From: an uncultured Prevotellaceae bacterium
GTDB taxonomy: Bacteria > Bacteroidota > Bacteroidia > Bacteroidales > Bacteroidaceae
Assembly: GCA_945827465.1 (NCBI GenBank)
Contig: CALZOH010000001.1
Location: forward strand, 1 to 57,916
Direction of reading: 5' to 3'
DNA: 57,916 nt
Part shown: piece by piece, positions 37,524 through 48,161 of the stretch
How positions within the stretch are numbered: position 1 is the first letter of the stretch
Layout of the letters: each line of letters begins with the position of its first letter
Notes under the pieces: generated by a model
The model's database searches: none
Seen by the model: the letters and a program-made list of their open reading frames with translations, nothing else
What the model was told of the DNA's origin: nothing
Made by a program: the position numbers and the translations under genes

Positions 37524-39341
37524 CTACATTCTTTCGGGAACTTCAATACCAAGAAGATTCATACCATTACGGATGATTTTTGCCACGTTGGCAGAAAGCA
37601 ACAAACGTAATTGTTTCTTGGCAACATCTGATTCACGAAGGATGCTATAGTCGTGATAGAACTGATTGTATTCTTTTACGAGGTCATAACAATAGTTGGC
37701 AATGGCACTCGGACTATAGTCTTGACCGGCCTGACGTATCACAGCAGCAAAATCAGCCATATGCTGAATGAGATCCTGCTCTTTAGCATTCACTTCAACT
37801 TCTTCCGACAATACATCAGGTACAAGGAAGTTTTCTTCAGCCGCTTTTCTCAAGACACTGCGAATACGAGCGTAGGTGTATTGGATGAACGGACCGGTGT
37901 TACCATTGAAATCGATGCTCTCAGCAGGATTAAACATCATGTTTTTGCGAGCATCAACTTTCAAGAGGAAGTATTTCAAAGCTCCCATACCCACGATGCG
38001 AGCTATTTCGTCTTTTTCAGAGTCGGTCATGTCTTGGAACTTACCCAATTCCTCACTGGTTTGACGGGCTGTTGCAATCATTTCAGCAATCAAGTCATCA
38101 GCATCAACCACAGTTCCTTCGCGACTCTTCATCTTACCATTGGGCAACTCAACCATACCATAGGAGAAGTGTACAAGATCTTTTCCCCACTTGAATCCCA
38201 AACGGTCAAGCAAGATGCTGAGTACTTGGAAGTGATAGTTTTGTTCGTTACCTACCACATACACCATTTTGTCGATGGGGAAATCTTCAAAACGGAGTTT
38301 GGCCGTACCAATATCTTGTGTCATGTACACTGAAGTACCATCTTTGCGTAACAACAATTTTTCATCAAGACCTTCATTACGCAAATCGGCCCAAACAGAG
38401 CCATCGTCATGGCGTACAAAAAGGCCTTGTTCCAAACCTTTTTCCACCTGGGCCTTACCTACCAAGTAGGTATCAGACTCGTAATAGATTTTATCAAAAC
38501 CTACGCCAAGCGCTTTATAAGTTTCATCGAAACCGGCATAAACCCAATCGTTCATCTGCTTCCAAAGACCACGAACTTCGGCATCACCCTGTTCCCACTT
38601 AACGAGCATCTCATGAGCTTCACGGATGAGCGGTGCTTCCTGCTTAGCCTTTTCAGTAGCTTCTTCCTCCTCCATACCCTGCTGCTGATATTGAGCAGCC
38701 AATTGCTTAACTTCCTCACGATAGTGTTTGTCAAACAATACATAGAAGTCACCGATGAGATGGTCTCCTTTTTTGCCTGCAGTGGCAGGAGTAACATTGT
38801 CACCCCACTTGAGCCAGGCCAGCATACTTTTGCAAATATGAATACCACGATCGTTCACAATGTTGGTACGAACAACACGATTGCCATTGGCCTTGATCAC
38901 ATTTGAAAGCGCCCATCCTAAGAGATTATTGCGCACATGTCCCAAGTGTAAAGGCTTATTGGTATTAGGTGAAGAATACTCTATCATAACGAGCGGCGAA
39001 GACTCGTCGGAAGGGATAATGCCGTATTGTGCATCTGACTGAATTACATTCAACAACTTCACCCAATAGGCAGAAGCGATAGAAAGATTTAAAAAGCCCT
39101 TGATGACATTATATTTTTCTATGGCCGGTTCGTTAGCCAACAGCCAAGCGCCAATGGCTTCAGCTGTTTCTTCCGGTTTTTGGCGTGACAAACGCAAGAA
39201 GGGGAAGACGACCAAAGTGAGATGACCTTCAAACTCTTTCTTGGTTTTCTGCAACTGAATCTGATTCTCGGGAACATCGGCTCCATAAAGTGCCTGTACA
39301 GCATTGCGGACCGAAGAGGTAATGACTTCTTCTATGTTCAT
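37524..39341 (-). CDS. argS: Arginine--tRNA ligase
   Basis: 605 aa class I synthetase. HIGH-type motif PNTNKPLHLGHVRN, KMKSREG loop, C-terminal DALR-type anticodon-binding domain. Confidence 0.95.
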   Translation of the reverse strand: MNIEEVITSSVRNAVQALYGADVPENQIQLQKTKKEFEGHLTLVVFPFLRLSRQKPEETAEAIGAWLLANEPAIEKYNVIKGFLNLSIASAYWVKLLNVIQSDAQYGIIPSDESSPLVMIEYSSPNTNKPLHLGHVRNNLLGWALSNVIKANGNRVVRTNIVNDRGIHICKSMLAWLKWGDNVTPATAGKKGDHLIGDFYVLFDKHYREEVKQLAAQYQQQGMEEEEATEKAKQEAPLIREAHEMLVKWEQGDAEVRGLWKQMNDWVYAGFDETYKALGVGFDKIYYESDTYLVGKAQVEKGLEQGLFVRHDDGSVWADLRNEGLDEKLLLRKDGTSVYMTQDIGTAKLRFEDFPIDKMVYVVGNEQNYHFQVLSILLDRLGFKWGKDLVHFSYGMVELPNGKMKSREGTVVDADDLIAEMIATARQTSEELGKFQDMTDSEKDEIARIVGMGALKYFLLKVDARKNMMFNPAESIDFNGNTGPFIQYTYARIRSVLRKAAEENFLVPDVLSEEVEVNAKEQDLIQHMADFAAVIRQAGQDYSPSAIANYCYDLVKEYNQFYHDYSILRESDVAKKQLRLLLSANVAKIIRNGMNLLGIEVPERM

Positions 39342-39378
39342 TGTAATATTAAAACGAAGTGATTATTAATAATAGGCG

Positions 39379-39386
39379 CAAAGTTA
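39379..39386 (-). promoter_or_regulatory. -7 promoter box for argS
   Basis: Minus strand reads taactttg, 38 nt upstream of ATG 39341. Confidence 0.45.
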
Positions 39387-39463
39387 CGATTTTTTCTGCA
39401 AAATCCACACCCGATATAAGTTAGCCTGCAGAGTAACATCATTTGAACCAAGACGATGCTTAC

Positions 39464-39486
39464 ATACTCTCAATTAAAAAGAGTAT
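39464..39486 (-). terminator. Hairpin after GH78
   Basis: atactct (39464..39470) pairs with agagtat (39480..39486): 7-bp stem, A/T-rich loop. Confidence 0.4.
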
Positions 39487-39498
39487 AACCATACTTTG

Positions 39499-42400
39499 TT
39501 AACGCGCCACTTCAAAATGGTAGGAACCCGATTGCAATTCCAACCGTATCTGACGACCATCTGACGAAAGCAACCGATAACCCTTCCCTTTCTTATGCAA
39601 GCGACGGCCCGACTCCGTTACCTGATTGGGAGAAGTTGCTTGCAAACAAAGTGACGCAGTCGTGTTGGCCGGCAACGTGAAGTCGTAGACAATACGGTCG
39701 TGATTCACTTGCCAACTGCTCGAGATGCGTCCATAACGAGAGTCGTAATGTCCTCGAGCGTAAGTCAACCCACCCGTAGGATCAGGCTGAGGATAGAGTT
39801 CAAAATATTGAAAGCCGGGAGATGACTCTAACGAACGGATTCCAAGAACATGATTGATCATCCAAGAACCTACAGCACCAAAGCTATAATGATTGAACGA
39901 ATTCATACTGTTCAAACCACCAAACCCATTTTCGATAGTATAAGAATTAACACGTTCCCAAATGGTCGTAGCACCTTGCTCAACCGAATACAACCAAGAC
40001 GGATAGGAAGTTTGAAGCAACAAACGATAGGCCAAATCAGAACGACCCATATCAGAAAGTACTCGATTAATCCAGGCTGTTCCGATAAAACCGGTCAGCA
40101 AAGAATAGGGTTGAAGTTCTTTTCCACCATCAACCACCGACCTACGAGTGATGGTTTCCTCAAGATGCTTCATCAATACCTGGGCATCACTATCGTCAAC
40201 TACATGGAACGCCAAAGGCAACACGTAGGAAGTCTGTACATCCACAAGCTGACCTAAGCGTTCAGGCACTAAAGATGAACAGATCGTCTTCAATGTTCCT
40301 TGTTGCAGATAAGTACGTTTAAAGAACTCGCGACGTTCTTGAGCCAATTGAGCATAATAATCGGCATCATCGGTTTTTCCCAAGACAGTTGCCATTCTAG
40401 ACACCAAATCCAAATCGTAGATATAATAGCATTCCCAAAATAAGGACTTATCGCTCTTTTCATATTCAAGACTCAACCAATCGCCCAAATCTCCAGAAGA
40501 GTGTGTTTGAACGATAACTCCGGTGTTTTTATCGATATAATTCGACCGAATATACTCTATATAACGTTGGACAGCCGGATAATGCTCAGCCAACAGAACG
40601 GTATCGGCATATTGGCAAAAGCACTCCCATGGTACCGTGATACCGGCACTACCCCATAACAAGCCCCCAAATCCACCTCCAACAGGAGCTACATCGGGGA
40701 AACGCCCATCGGGAGATTGAATATCACGCATTCCACGCAGATAACTCCGCAAAAAACCCGATACATCCGTTAAATATGTAGCCGTACGAGAGAATACAGA
40801 GATATCGCCACACCACCCCATTCGCTCATTGCGCTGAGGACAATCAGTTGGTATAGACAAGAAGTTAGAACAAGCCGACCAATTAATGTTTTGCCACAAG
40901 CGATTGACCTTTTCATTAGAAGTCTCAAAAGAGGCCGTCGGACGAATAGAACTAAGAGGAATAGCAGCAATATCTTCCAATTGAGGAGGAGTATCGACGC
41001 CTGAAACCTCCATGTAACGATACCCATGGAATGTAAAGCGAGGAGAAAACGTCTCATCGCCTCCACGGGCTATATACACATCCTGAGCACGAGCCGACCG
41101 AATATTCTCCAGCATAATCATTCCGATATTTCCGGAATAAGCCGGTAAATCCGGGTATTTCATCTCAGCAAATCTCATCCGGACCGTAGATCCTGGTTTC
41201 AAATTTTTAAAACGAATCAAAGGAACGGCAGCCATATTTTGCCCCATATCGTAGATATACAGACCCGGTCGAACTTCATCAACACTGACTGCATGAAGTG
41301 TATCAACAGCTCTTACCGCCTGATAATCTTGCGACAGAAACTGAAGATGTGAATAATCGGATTGAAGGCCCTCTGTAGCCACATTGCCTTCAAGCGGAAT
41401 CTGCCGGGCAGGCAACCAACCAGAATCGTTAAAGTCCGGAAGCACCCATCCACGCATGGTTTCCTCGCGTTGAGCATCATAAACTTGTCCATGGAAGAAA
41501 CTGGCATAAACAACTGGACCTTGAGAACTATATTTCCAGGTTTGAGGTGATGACACAATGGTTTGAGTCGTTCCATCAGCATAGGTAATCACCAACTTAG
41601 AAAGGAAAGACTGACGATCACCAAACATATTTGTATTCTCAGGAGTATAAGTAATGGCCCCACTCCACCATCCTTCAGCAAGAACAACACCACAGGCGTT
41701 ATTTCCTGAACGAATTAATGGCGTCACATCAAAAGTCTGATAAAGATGCGTTCGATTGTATTGAGTCAATCCCGGATTGAAATAATCTTGAGTGACCGGT
41801 TGTCCATTGATATAATAGTCATAAATTCCTCTTGAAGTAGCATACAGACGAGCACGCTTAATCGCTTTTGAAGAAACTGAAAACTCAGATCGAAGCAGAG
41901 GCATAGCATTCCGACTGAGATCGAATGTCTGCAATAATCCAAGTTTACCTCCCTCTAACCGAACGGGCTCAGAGAAAGAGGCAATCAAGTTTGACGGAGA
42001 ACGAAAATGACGAATCTGTAAATTACTAAAAGTAGCAATCTGACCTGGATGAAGATGATAACCGACGTGACACAGTGAAGGAAAAGAGATGAAATCACCA
42101 GAATTTCCCATCGGATTTACAAACAGCGTTCCTAAGTCGACTCCATCAAACTGAATCTTGGTTGTACCAACAGACGATGAAAAAGAAATGGAATGAGGCC
42201 GATACCGATTGGCGCAATGAATCAGTTGAGTAGGCAATTGAAAAGAGCGCATCGGTTTATCGGACAAATCGGCCGGATGATAACCGACACGATAAAAGTT
42301 TAAAACCGCAGGCTCACCTTTATCTAAAGGAGCGATGTCTAATTCTATTTCACAATAATGTCGGTCACCCGAGCTGGACAAATGAAACAAATTCTTGTTG

Positions 42401-43002
42401 GCATCCATTAAACGTTCTTCATGACTGCCATATATAAAACCTGCACGTCGGGAAGAAGAAAGCGAATCTAAACAGATGGAATAGCTCAATCGAAAAACAT
42501 TGAGATAAGGTGCATAAAGTGGACGACTATTATCATCCCCACCGATCCATTCAGCACCATCCCAAGCAGATTCTCCATATCGAGAGCACATCAAACCCGT
42601 TTCAAACCAAGAAGACTGCTGCTGACGCTTGTTCTGATGATCCCAAACGCTCAGTTTCCACACATAATGCTTTTGCGGCAACAAAGAATTTCCTGCATAA
42701 GGAATATTGATCGACACCGAAGAGCGTCTTTTCCCGGTATCCCACATTAAAAGTCCGGTTTCATCATATACTTCTATACGGTAAGCAGACTGAGAAACAC
42801 CCCTCGCATGGGCTATATTGGTACGTAGTTTCCAACTAAAATGAGGTGTTTCAGTATCGATTGATAAAGGTTGTCGCAAAGATTCAACCTGCATATCAAC
42901 GATCGAGCAAGAACCAGCAAATAGAATAGCTTGAGAAGAAATCGTTGAAACCATTGTGAGGATGCAAACGATAGCTACTTTAAAAAATAATCGCAAAAAC
43001 AT
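39499..43002 (-). CDS. Glycoside hydrolase family 78 (alpha-L-rhamnosidase), exported
   Basis: 1167 aa with a signal peptide. Rhamnosidase-type PTDCPQRNERMGWCGDISVF motif and six-hairpin region. Confidence 0.8.
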   Translation of the reverse strand: MFLRLFFKVAIVCILTMVSTISSQAILFAGSCSIVDMQVESLRQPLSIDTETPHFSWKLRTNIAHARGVSQSAYRIEVYDETGLLMWDTGKRRSSVSINIPYAGNSLLPQKHYVWKLSVWDHQNKRQQQSSWFETGLMCSRYGESAWDGAEWIGGDDNSRPLYAPYLNVFRLSYSICLDSLSSSRRAGFIYGSHEERLMDANKNLFHLSSSGDRHYCEIELDIAPLDKGEPAVLNFYRVGYHPADLSDKPMRSFQLPTQLIHCANRYRPHSISFSSSVGTTKIQFDGVDLGTLFVNPMGNSGDFISFPSLCHVGYHLHPGQIATFSNLQIRHFRSPSNLIASFSEPVRLEGGKLGLLQTFDLSRNAMPLLRSEFSVSSKAIKRARLYATSRGIYDYYINGQPVTQDYFNPGLTQYNRTHLYQTFDVTPLIRSGNNACGVVLAEGWWSGAITYTPENTNMFGDRQSFLSKLVITYADGTTQTIVSSPQTWKYSSQGPVVYASFFHGQVYDAQREETMRGWVLPDFNDSGWLPARQIPLEGNVATEGLQSDYSHLQFLSQDYQAVRAVDTLHAVSVDEVRPGLYIYDMGQNMAAVPLIRFKNLKPGSTVRMRFAEMKYPDLPAYSGNIGMIMLENIRSARAQDVYIARGGDETFSPRFTFHGYRYMEVSGVDTPPQLEDIAAIPLSSIRPTASFETSNEKVNRLWQNINWSACSNFLSIPTDCPQRNERMGWCGDISVFSRTATYLTDVSGFLRSYLRGMRDIQSPDGRFPDVAPVGGGFGGLLWGSAGITVPWECFCQYADTVLLAEHYPAVQRYIEYIRSNYIDKNTGVIVQTHSSGDLGDWLSLEYEKSDKSLFWECYYIYDLDLVSRMATVLGKTDDADYYAQLAQERREFFKRTYLQQGTLKTICSSLVPERLGQLVDVQTSYVLPLAFHVVDDSDAQVLMKHLEETITRRSVVDGGKELQPYSLLTGFIGTAWINRVLSDMGRSDLAYRLLLQTSYPSWLYSVEQGATTIWERVNSYTIENGFGGLNSMNSFNHYSFGAVGSWMINHVLGIRSLESSPGFQYFELYPQPDPTGGLTYARGHYDSRYGRISSSWQVNHDRIVYDFTLPANTTASLCLQATSPNQVTESGRRLHKKGKGYRLLSSDGRQIRLELQSGSYHFEVAR

Positions 43003-43083
43003 ATTGGCAGTAATCAGTGTGAATTAATAAAGACTGGTAAGTAAAAAATAAAAAAATGGCGGTAAAATCGGAATAACCACGGA

Positions 43084-43818
43084 CTATAACCCGAAGATAA
43101 GCGTATTCTCCCTTACATCGACAAGAGCTTTAAACAAGTAATAGTCCATCGGTGTTGTTATCTTTATATTCTCAATGGGCCCCATCATAGTATGAATAGA
43201 GTATCCATAGTGAGTCATCAAAGTAAGAGAGTCGATAAAGTCATGACGACCTTCATGAATCGCATGTCGATGAGCCGAAAGAATATCTTCCAGGAAAAAA
43301 GTTTGAGGTGCTCTTGCGATAAGAGAATCTTTGCGTGAAGGAATTTTGAATCCTCCTTCTTCTTGACGAACCACCAGCGTTTCACTTGCAGGAATACACG
43401 TGATACACGAACCGTGTTGACGTCCTGCAGCAATATTATCTGTAATCGTCTCAGGCAATATCAACGGACGTACGCCATCATGAATCAGCGCAAGCGTATT
43501 TTCGTCGGTAATATCGTCGTTTTCTGCCGCCAATAAGGCTTGATAGATACTATCTTGTCCGGTATCTCCGCCTGGAACTATCGCTCGTACTTTATGCAGT
43601 CCATAATGAGAGAGCAAAACACGAAGACGATCTATCCACTCAGAAATACAAGCCACGTAAATGGCATCAATCTGGGGGTGGCGTTCAAAGAGTTCTAAGG
43701 TATAAATGATGATCGGTTTGCCGTGCAACTCTAAAAACTGTTTAGGAACAGCCCCAGCATTCATTCTTCGTCCGGAACCACCGGCAAAAATAATCGCAAT
43801 ATTCTGATTTTGTTTCAT
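43084..43818 (-). CDS. IspD/TarI-family cytidylyltransferase
   Basis: IAIIFAGGSGRRM..PKQF nucleotide-binding start and C-terminal IKITTPMDYYLFKAL. ATG 43818 (MKQNQNIAII) chosen; the longer track ORF overlaps the upstream gene. Confidence 0.75.
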   Translation of the reverse strand: MKQNQNIAIIFAGGSGRRMNAGAVPKQFLELHGKPIIIYTLELFERHPQIDAIYVACISEWIDRLRVLLSHYGLHKVRAIVPGGDTGQDSIYQALLAAENDDITDENTLALIHDGVRPLILPETITDNIAAGRQHGSCITCIPASETLVVRQEEGGFKIPSRKDSLIARAPQTFFLEDILSAHRHAIHEGRHDFIDSLTLMTHYGYSIHTMMGPIENIKITTPMDYYLFKALVDVRENTLIFGL

Positions 43819-43831
43819 GACACAATATTTC

Positions 43832-44749
43832 TCAAGAATTAGCCCAGATGCGTACCATTCCATGACGGAAGTAAGGCGGACGCATTTCATCATAAAGTCC
43901 GAATAACATCCATCCATCGCTCGTTTCATAACGGAATCCATAGCGACTGACAAGATCAATTACATCTCGATACTCATCGTGGTAATGATAGGTACAAGCT
44001 GCTATTTTCATCGGTTTTTCCGTATCAAACAGCGTTTTCATCCCATTCAACACTTTACACTCCACTCCTTCAACATCCAACTTGATAAAATCAGGACAAA
44101 CGCCTTCTTTAGTAAAATAAGTATCCAGTCGTACATTGTTATCATCATCGTGATCGGACACATATTTGGGCACAATCGTTACTTTATCTTTCCAAGGAGC
44201 GAACGTTTTCTGCAACACATTAATCCAAATCGGATCGCGTTCAAAAAGGTAGACATGTTTTACCTTCTCAATATATTGCAATGACAAGAATGCTTCTGCA
44301 CAACCCACATCAGCGAGGATGTCACCTTCTTCTATTTGGAAACCGGGCGTAATATAACGATGGGGAGAATGCTCATCTTGTTCTATTCTTAATGAATTAA
44401 TTGACATGGCCACCTCATTAAGTTTGCCCGGTAAGAAATAAAGCTTCTTTTCAGGTGTCATCAACCAATAGGGAACGCCGTCCGAATCAAGTTGGAGGTG
44501 AATTTGACGATATTCGTATTTATCACGAAAGAATGCAGGGAAAAACACTGCATCAGGGCGATGGCGAAGATACGAGATCGCCTCTTTAAAAAAAGGATCG
44601 TCAATAGTCTGATTCTGATAATAGGACAGAACTTCACGACGAATGCGACGACGACGTTGACGAAGCGGCATTCCTTGTTTATCATACGGACGAATACGCT
44701 TCAAAAGAAAAATATAGAGCCAATCAAAAAAACGAGAAATCTTCTTCAT
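43832..44749 (-). CDS. FkbM-family SAM-dependent methyltransferase
   Basis: ILADVGCAEAF SAM motif and FIKLDVEGVECKVLNGM, typical of FkbM methyltransferases. Confidence 0.7.
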   Translation of the reverse strand: MKKISRFFDWLYIFLLKRIRPYDKQGMPLRQRRRRIRREVLSYYQNQTIDDPFFKEAISYLRHRPDAVFFPAFFRDKYEYRQIHLQLDSDGVPYWLMTPEKKLYFLPGKLNEVAMSINSLRIEQDEHSPHRYITPGFQIEEGDILADVGCAEAFLSLQYIEKVKHVYLFERDPIWINVLQKTFAPWKDKVTIVPKYVSDHDDDNNVRLDTYFTKEGVCPDFIKLDVEGVECKVLNGMKTLFDTEKPMKIAACTYHYHDEYRDVIDLVSRYGFRYETSDGWMLFGLYDEMRPPYFRHGMVRIWANS

Positions 44750-44861
44750 TATCTATCAGAATTCCACCTTTGAAAGATGATATTATAAGCAAAAGTAAGA
44801 AAATAATTCTATAGGCGATGATTACACGATAACAAAACTTGTTCATTCAAATACAAAAGCA

Positions 44862-44869
44862 TACATTTG
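44862..44869 (+). promoter_or_regulatory. -7 promoter box for the SIMPL gene
   Basis: tacatttg, 25 nt upstream of ATG 44894. The track's TTG start at 44867 lies inside it. Confidence 0.45.
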
Positions 44870-44893
44870 CAAGACAAACAACAAAACAAGCCC

Positions 44894-45595
44894 ATGAGAA
44901 AATTAAGATTAGATGCCATCGTCATAGCGATTGGCTTGATTGCAGCAGGCAATTTAATTTATCTTGGCCTAAGCAAAATGGCTGAAAAGGATAGAAGCGT
45001 CAGTGTACGCGGTTTCTCAGAAAGGATAGTTGACGCCGACAAAGCAACGTGGCCCATTAACTACAAGGCTTTCGGCGATGATTTGGGACAAATGAATCAA
45101 GATGCCCAAAATGCCAAAAAGACAATTACTAAATTTTTGACCGACGCAGGCATTCCGGAAGATAACATTTCAATCACTGCGCCAAAGGTAACTGACTACA
45201 ATAATTTAGAGTATAAGCCCGACAACATCCGTTCACGATATGCGATACAAATGTATATCACCGTATCGACCAAGGAGGTTCAAAAAGTAAGGGAGCTAAC
45301 ATACCGTCTTCCTGAATTGATGAGGGGCGGAATCTCTATTGCCAACAACGATTACGATAACCAATTGACCTACGAGTACACCAGCTTAGACAAAATCAAG
45401 CCAGAAATGATTGAAGCCTCTACCAAAAATGCTCGTGAGGCAGCTGAGAAATTTGCCAAAGACTCCGGAAGCAAACTGGGCAAAATTAAAAACGCCAGTC
45501 AAGGTTATTTCTCCATTGAAAACCGCGACAACAACACACCTTGGATTAAGAAAATCCGCGTAGTCACCAGTGTTAGTTACTATTTGAAGAACTAA
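44894..45595 (+). CDS. SIMPL-domain (DUF541) protein, membrane anchored
   Basis: N-terminal TM (AIVIAIGLIAAGNLIYLG). C-terminal NAREAAEKFAKDSGSKLGKIKNASQGYFSI is typical of the SIMPL family (from memory). Confidence 0.6.
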   Translation: MRKLRLDAIVIAIGLIAAGNLIYLGLSKMAEKDRSVSVRGFSERIVDADKATWPINYKAFGDDLGQMNQDAQNAKKTITKFLTDAGIPEDNISITAPKVTDYNNLEYKPDNIRSRYAIQMYITVSTKEVQKVRELTYRLPELMRGGISIANNDYDNQLTYEYTSLDKIKPEMIEASTKNAREAAEKFAKDSGSKLGKIKNASQGYFSIENRDNNTPWIKKIRVVTSVSYYLKN

Positions 45596-45627
45596 CGATT
45601 AGCGTTTCCAACAAAACAACTTACTGG

Positions 45628-48159
45628 TCAGAAAGGATAGCCAATGGCAAAGTGAAGCGTAAGAGCATCTGACAATCCGCCAGCATTAAAGTATCCTCCA
45701 CGATAACGGTTAGCCGGATCGTGAAGAGCTACGCCCAAATCTAAACGCAACACCAAAAAGTTCATATCGAAGCGCAAACCGGCTCCGGTACCAAGCGCCA
45801 ATTCGCGAAAGACATTAGACAGATGGAATTTTCCACCTGGACGTTGCTCATCTTCGCGCATCAGCCATACATTACCGGCATCAATAAAGGTAGCACCATA
45901 GAGACTACCAAATAGGGGGAAACGAAACTCCACATTGGCTTCAAGTTTAATATCACCTGTTTGATCCATATAGGAATACTTGGAATGAGGCGTATAATAG
46001 CTACCAGGGCCGACAGTACGGATCGTAAAGCCACGTACACTATTGGCACCACCCACAAAGAATTGATCACTATAGGGTGCATAGTCCGAATTACCATAAC
46101 TCCAAATGGCTCCAGCCATAAGGCGCGTCACCAATTTATATTCGCGGTAAAGTTTAAATGTATTCTGCAATTCTGACGAAATCTTCAAATATTGTGCGAA
46201 TGGATTATTAAAAAGATTCTTGTTCTTTTCACTCAAACTTTTCCCTCCTAACGCATATAGAGCAGATGTCACATTTCCGGCCTCTTTCACGGTTAATTGC
46301 CAACGAAGAGGATTACGGTGACGTTCACTGGATACGTAAGTATAAGTATACTGCATAGCCGGAACAAAGCGGTCGCGCATACTGACGTACAACGCAGGAT
46401 TGACCTGCATAATCGAATCAAATTCAGCAGTAGAACGAATAAGTTTATCGTACGTAAACGAAAGAGGCGTAAACTCATGTTTGGATGTACGCTTACGACT
46501 CCATCCATAGGTAACACTTAATCCCGAAGAAAACAGATTGAAGAATCCCGAACGATTCAGCCAATCCGTAGTAAGCGAGAATGAACTTGATGTCGGGAAA
46601 CGGAACTGCCTGCGACTGATGCCAGGAAATACAATTCGCGGAAAATCAATGGAAAGTTGCGTACCTACATTATAAGAATTAAAGAATTGGTCGTTCTTAA
46701 CTTTCTCGCCATTGGTTCGCCACTCATAAAAACCATATATTTTAAAGTTCACCAACTCAGCACCATGAAAAGCATTCTTACGTTGCAGATTCCAAGATAG
46801 TCCCGGTCCGATACGATCGTTATTCTTTTCGGTCACATTCATTTCAAAGTCGGAAGTGTAAGGCTTATCCAGTACGGCTTCTATGTGCAAATCGAGTGTA
46901 TCGCACGCCTCCGTCGTATCTCTCCGAAGATAATTAATGTTGAGATGACTAAATATGCCCAACGAAGACAACATTTCCTGCGTACGTTTCTCGTCGTTTT
47001 GCCGATAAAGACGTCCGCGCCGATGTGTAATATTTTGCATCCAGACCATCGGATGAAGTGCCGGTTTCTTACCACTGAAACTATACGTTAACGAACGCCG
47101 TTCACGCATCTCTGTAAGCGTGTCATCTTCATTTTTATAAAGATGTATATATGTGCGTCCCATATACCAAGGATGCCTTACCATGGCAGGAAGTTCTTCC
47201 TTAGGTTCCATTATCAATTGCACTTTATAAGGTTTCATAAGAGTATCTGCCTTGTATGTAGCAGAATTGGCCTTATAATAGTAATAACCTTCATTACGAA
47301 AAAGATTTTCCAGACGTGTTTGTTCACCTGACAGATTCACCACACTAAAAGGTTCTCCCTTATGCAAATAAGTTTCACGTTGACTATTGCGTATCAAACT
47401 ATCCGCTACAGGAGGGAAGTGACGATAAGCGATTGAATCAAGACGATACACGCGACCCGTATTCACATAGTAATTTACTTTGGATTTACGGCTGTTCTTA
47501 GGATTAGGCAATAATTGATAATCTACCTTTCCACGAAAATAACCATAGTTGTGCAATGTATTTGTGGCCACCTTAATTCGAGTATCGGGGTTCACGGATG
47601 AGATCAGTACAGGCTCTCCTGCAAAAGTTTTATACATCCACTTAGCAAAGCCACTCGTTTTACCTACATATTGATTATATGCCCACAAACCGGTTGGAAA
47701 AGGTGTACGATGGTAAGCAGATCCGAAGAGTGAGTTGTTGGGCGCATATTCCAATACTGCATTAACTTCTGTACGCGCCGTTTCAAGTGCAAGAGCATCC
47801 AGTCGCTTTCGTTCCTTGCGGGCAGCACGCTCTTCTTTCGTTAATACTCGGCGATCACCACCTCGTTGTATTTGTTCAGAAGTCATACCTGCTTCGTTTC
47901 CTGAATTCCCTTTTAGAATAGCATCCACACGTTCAGCTGCATCTGCTATAGAAAGTATCACGCCAGATGAATCAGAACCCATTTTACGAACAGGCTTAGT
48001 AGGAGTGGTATAACTAATCTCGCCTATACCTGTATAAAGTACTTCTTCATCAGGTAATTTCTCTGTAGTGGAACAGGCCAACAGCAGATGAAGTGCCAAT
48101 ATCAAGAACGCGATTCTACAAGCGAAGTACATGAATTGTTTTCTCTTCATAATGAACAT
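45628..48159 (-). CDS. BamA/TamA-family outer-membrane protein, lipoprotein-type
   Basis: 843 aa. Lipobox-like LHLLLACS. C-terminal Omp85 barrel ending LTLHFAIGYPF. Lies 2 nt downstream of tamB. Alternative ATG at 48150. Confidence 0.8.
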   Translation of the reverse strand: MFIMKRKQFMYFACRIAFLILALHLLLACSTTEKLPDEEVLYTGIGEISYTTPTKPVRKMGSDSSGVILSIADAAERVDAILKGNSGNEAGMTSEQIQRGGDRRVLTKEERAARKERKRLDALALETARTEVNAVLEYAPNNSLFGSAYHRTPFPTGLWAYNQYVGKTSGFAKWMYKTFAGEPVLISSVNPDTRIKVATNTLHNYGYFRGKVDYQLLPNPKNSRKSKVNYYVNTGRVYRLDSIAYRHFPPVADSLIRNSQRETYLHKGEPFSVVNLSGEQTRLENLFRNEGYYYYKANSATYKADTLMKPYKVQLIMEPKEELPAMVRHPWYMGRTYIHLYKNEDDTLTEMRERRSLTYSFSGKKPALHPMVWMQNITHRRGRLYRQNDEKRTQEMLSSLGIFSHLNINYLRRDTTEACDTLDLHIEAVLDKPYTSDFEMNVTEKNNDRIGPGLSWNLQRKNAFHGAELVNFKIYGFYEWRTNGEKVKNDQFFNSYNVGTQLSIDFPRIVFPGISRRQFRFPTSSSFSLTTDWLNRSGFFNLFSSGLSVTYGWSRKRTSKHEFTPLSFTYDKLIRSTAEFDSIMQVNPALYVSMRDRFVPAMQYTYTYVSSERHRNPLRWQLTVKEAGNVTSALYALGGKSLSEKNKNLFNNPFAQYLKISSELQNTFKLYREYKLVTRLMAGAIWSYGNSDYAPYSDQFFVGGANSVRGFTIRTVGPGSYYTPHSKYSYMDQTGDIKLEANVEFRFPLFGSLYGATFIDAGNVWLMREDEQRPGGKFHLSNVFRELALGTGAGLRFDMNFLVLRLDLGVALHDPANRYRGGYFNAGGLSDALTLHFAIGYPF

Positions 48160-48161
48160 AC

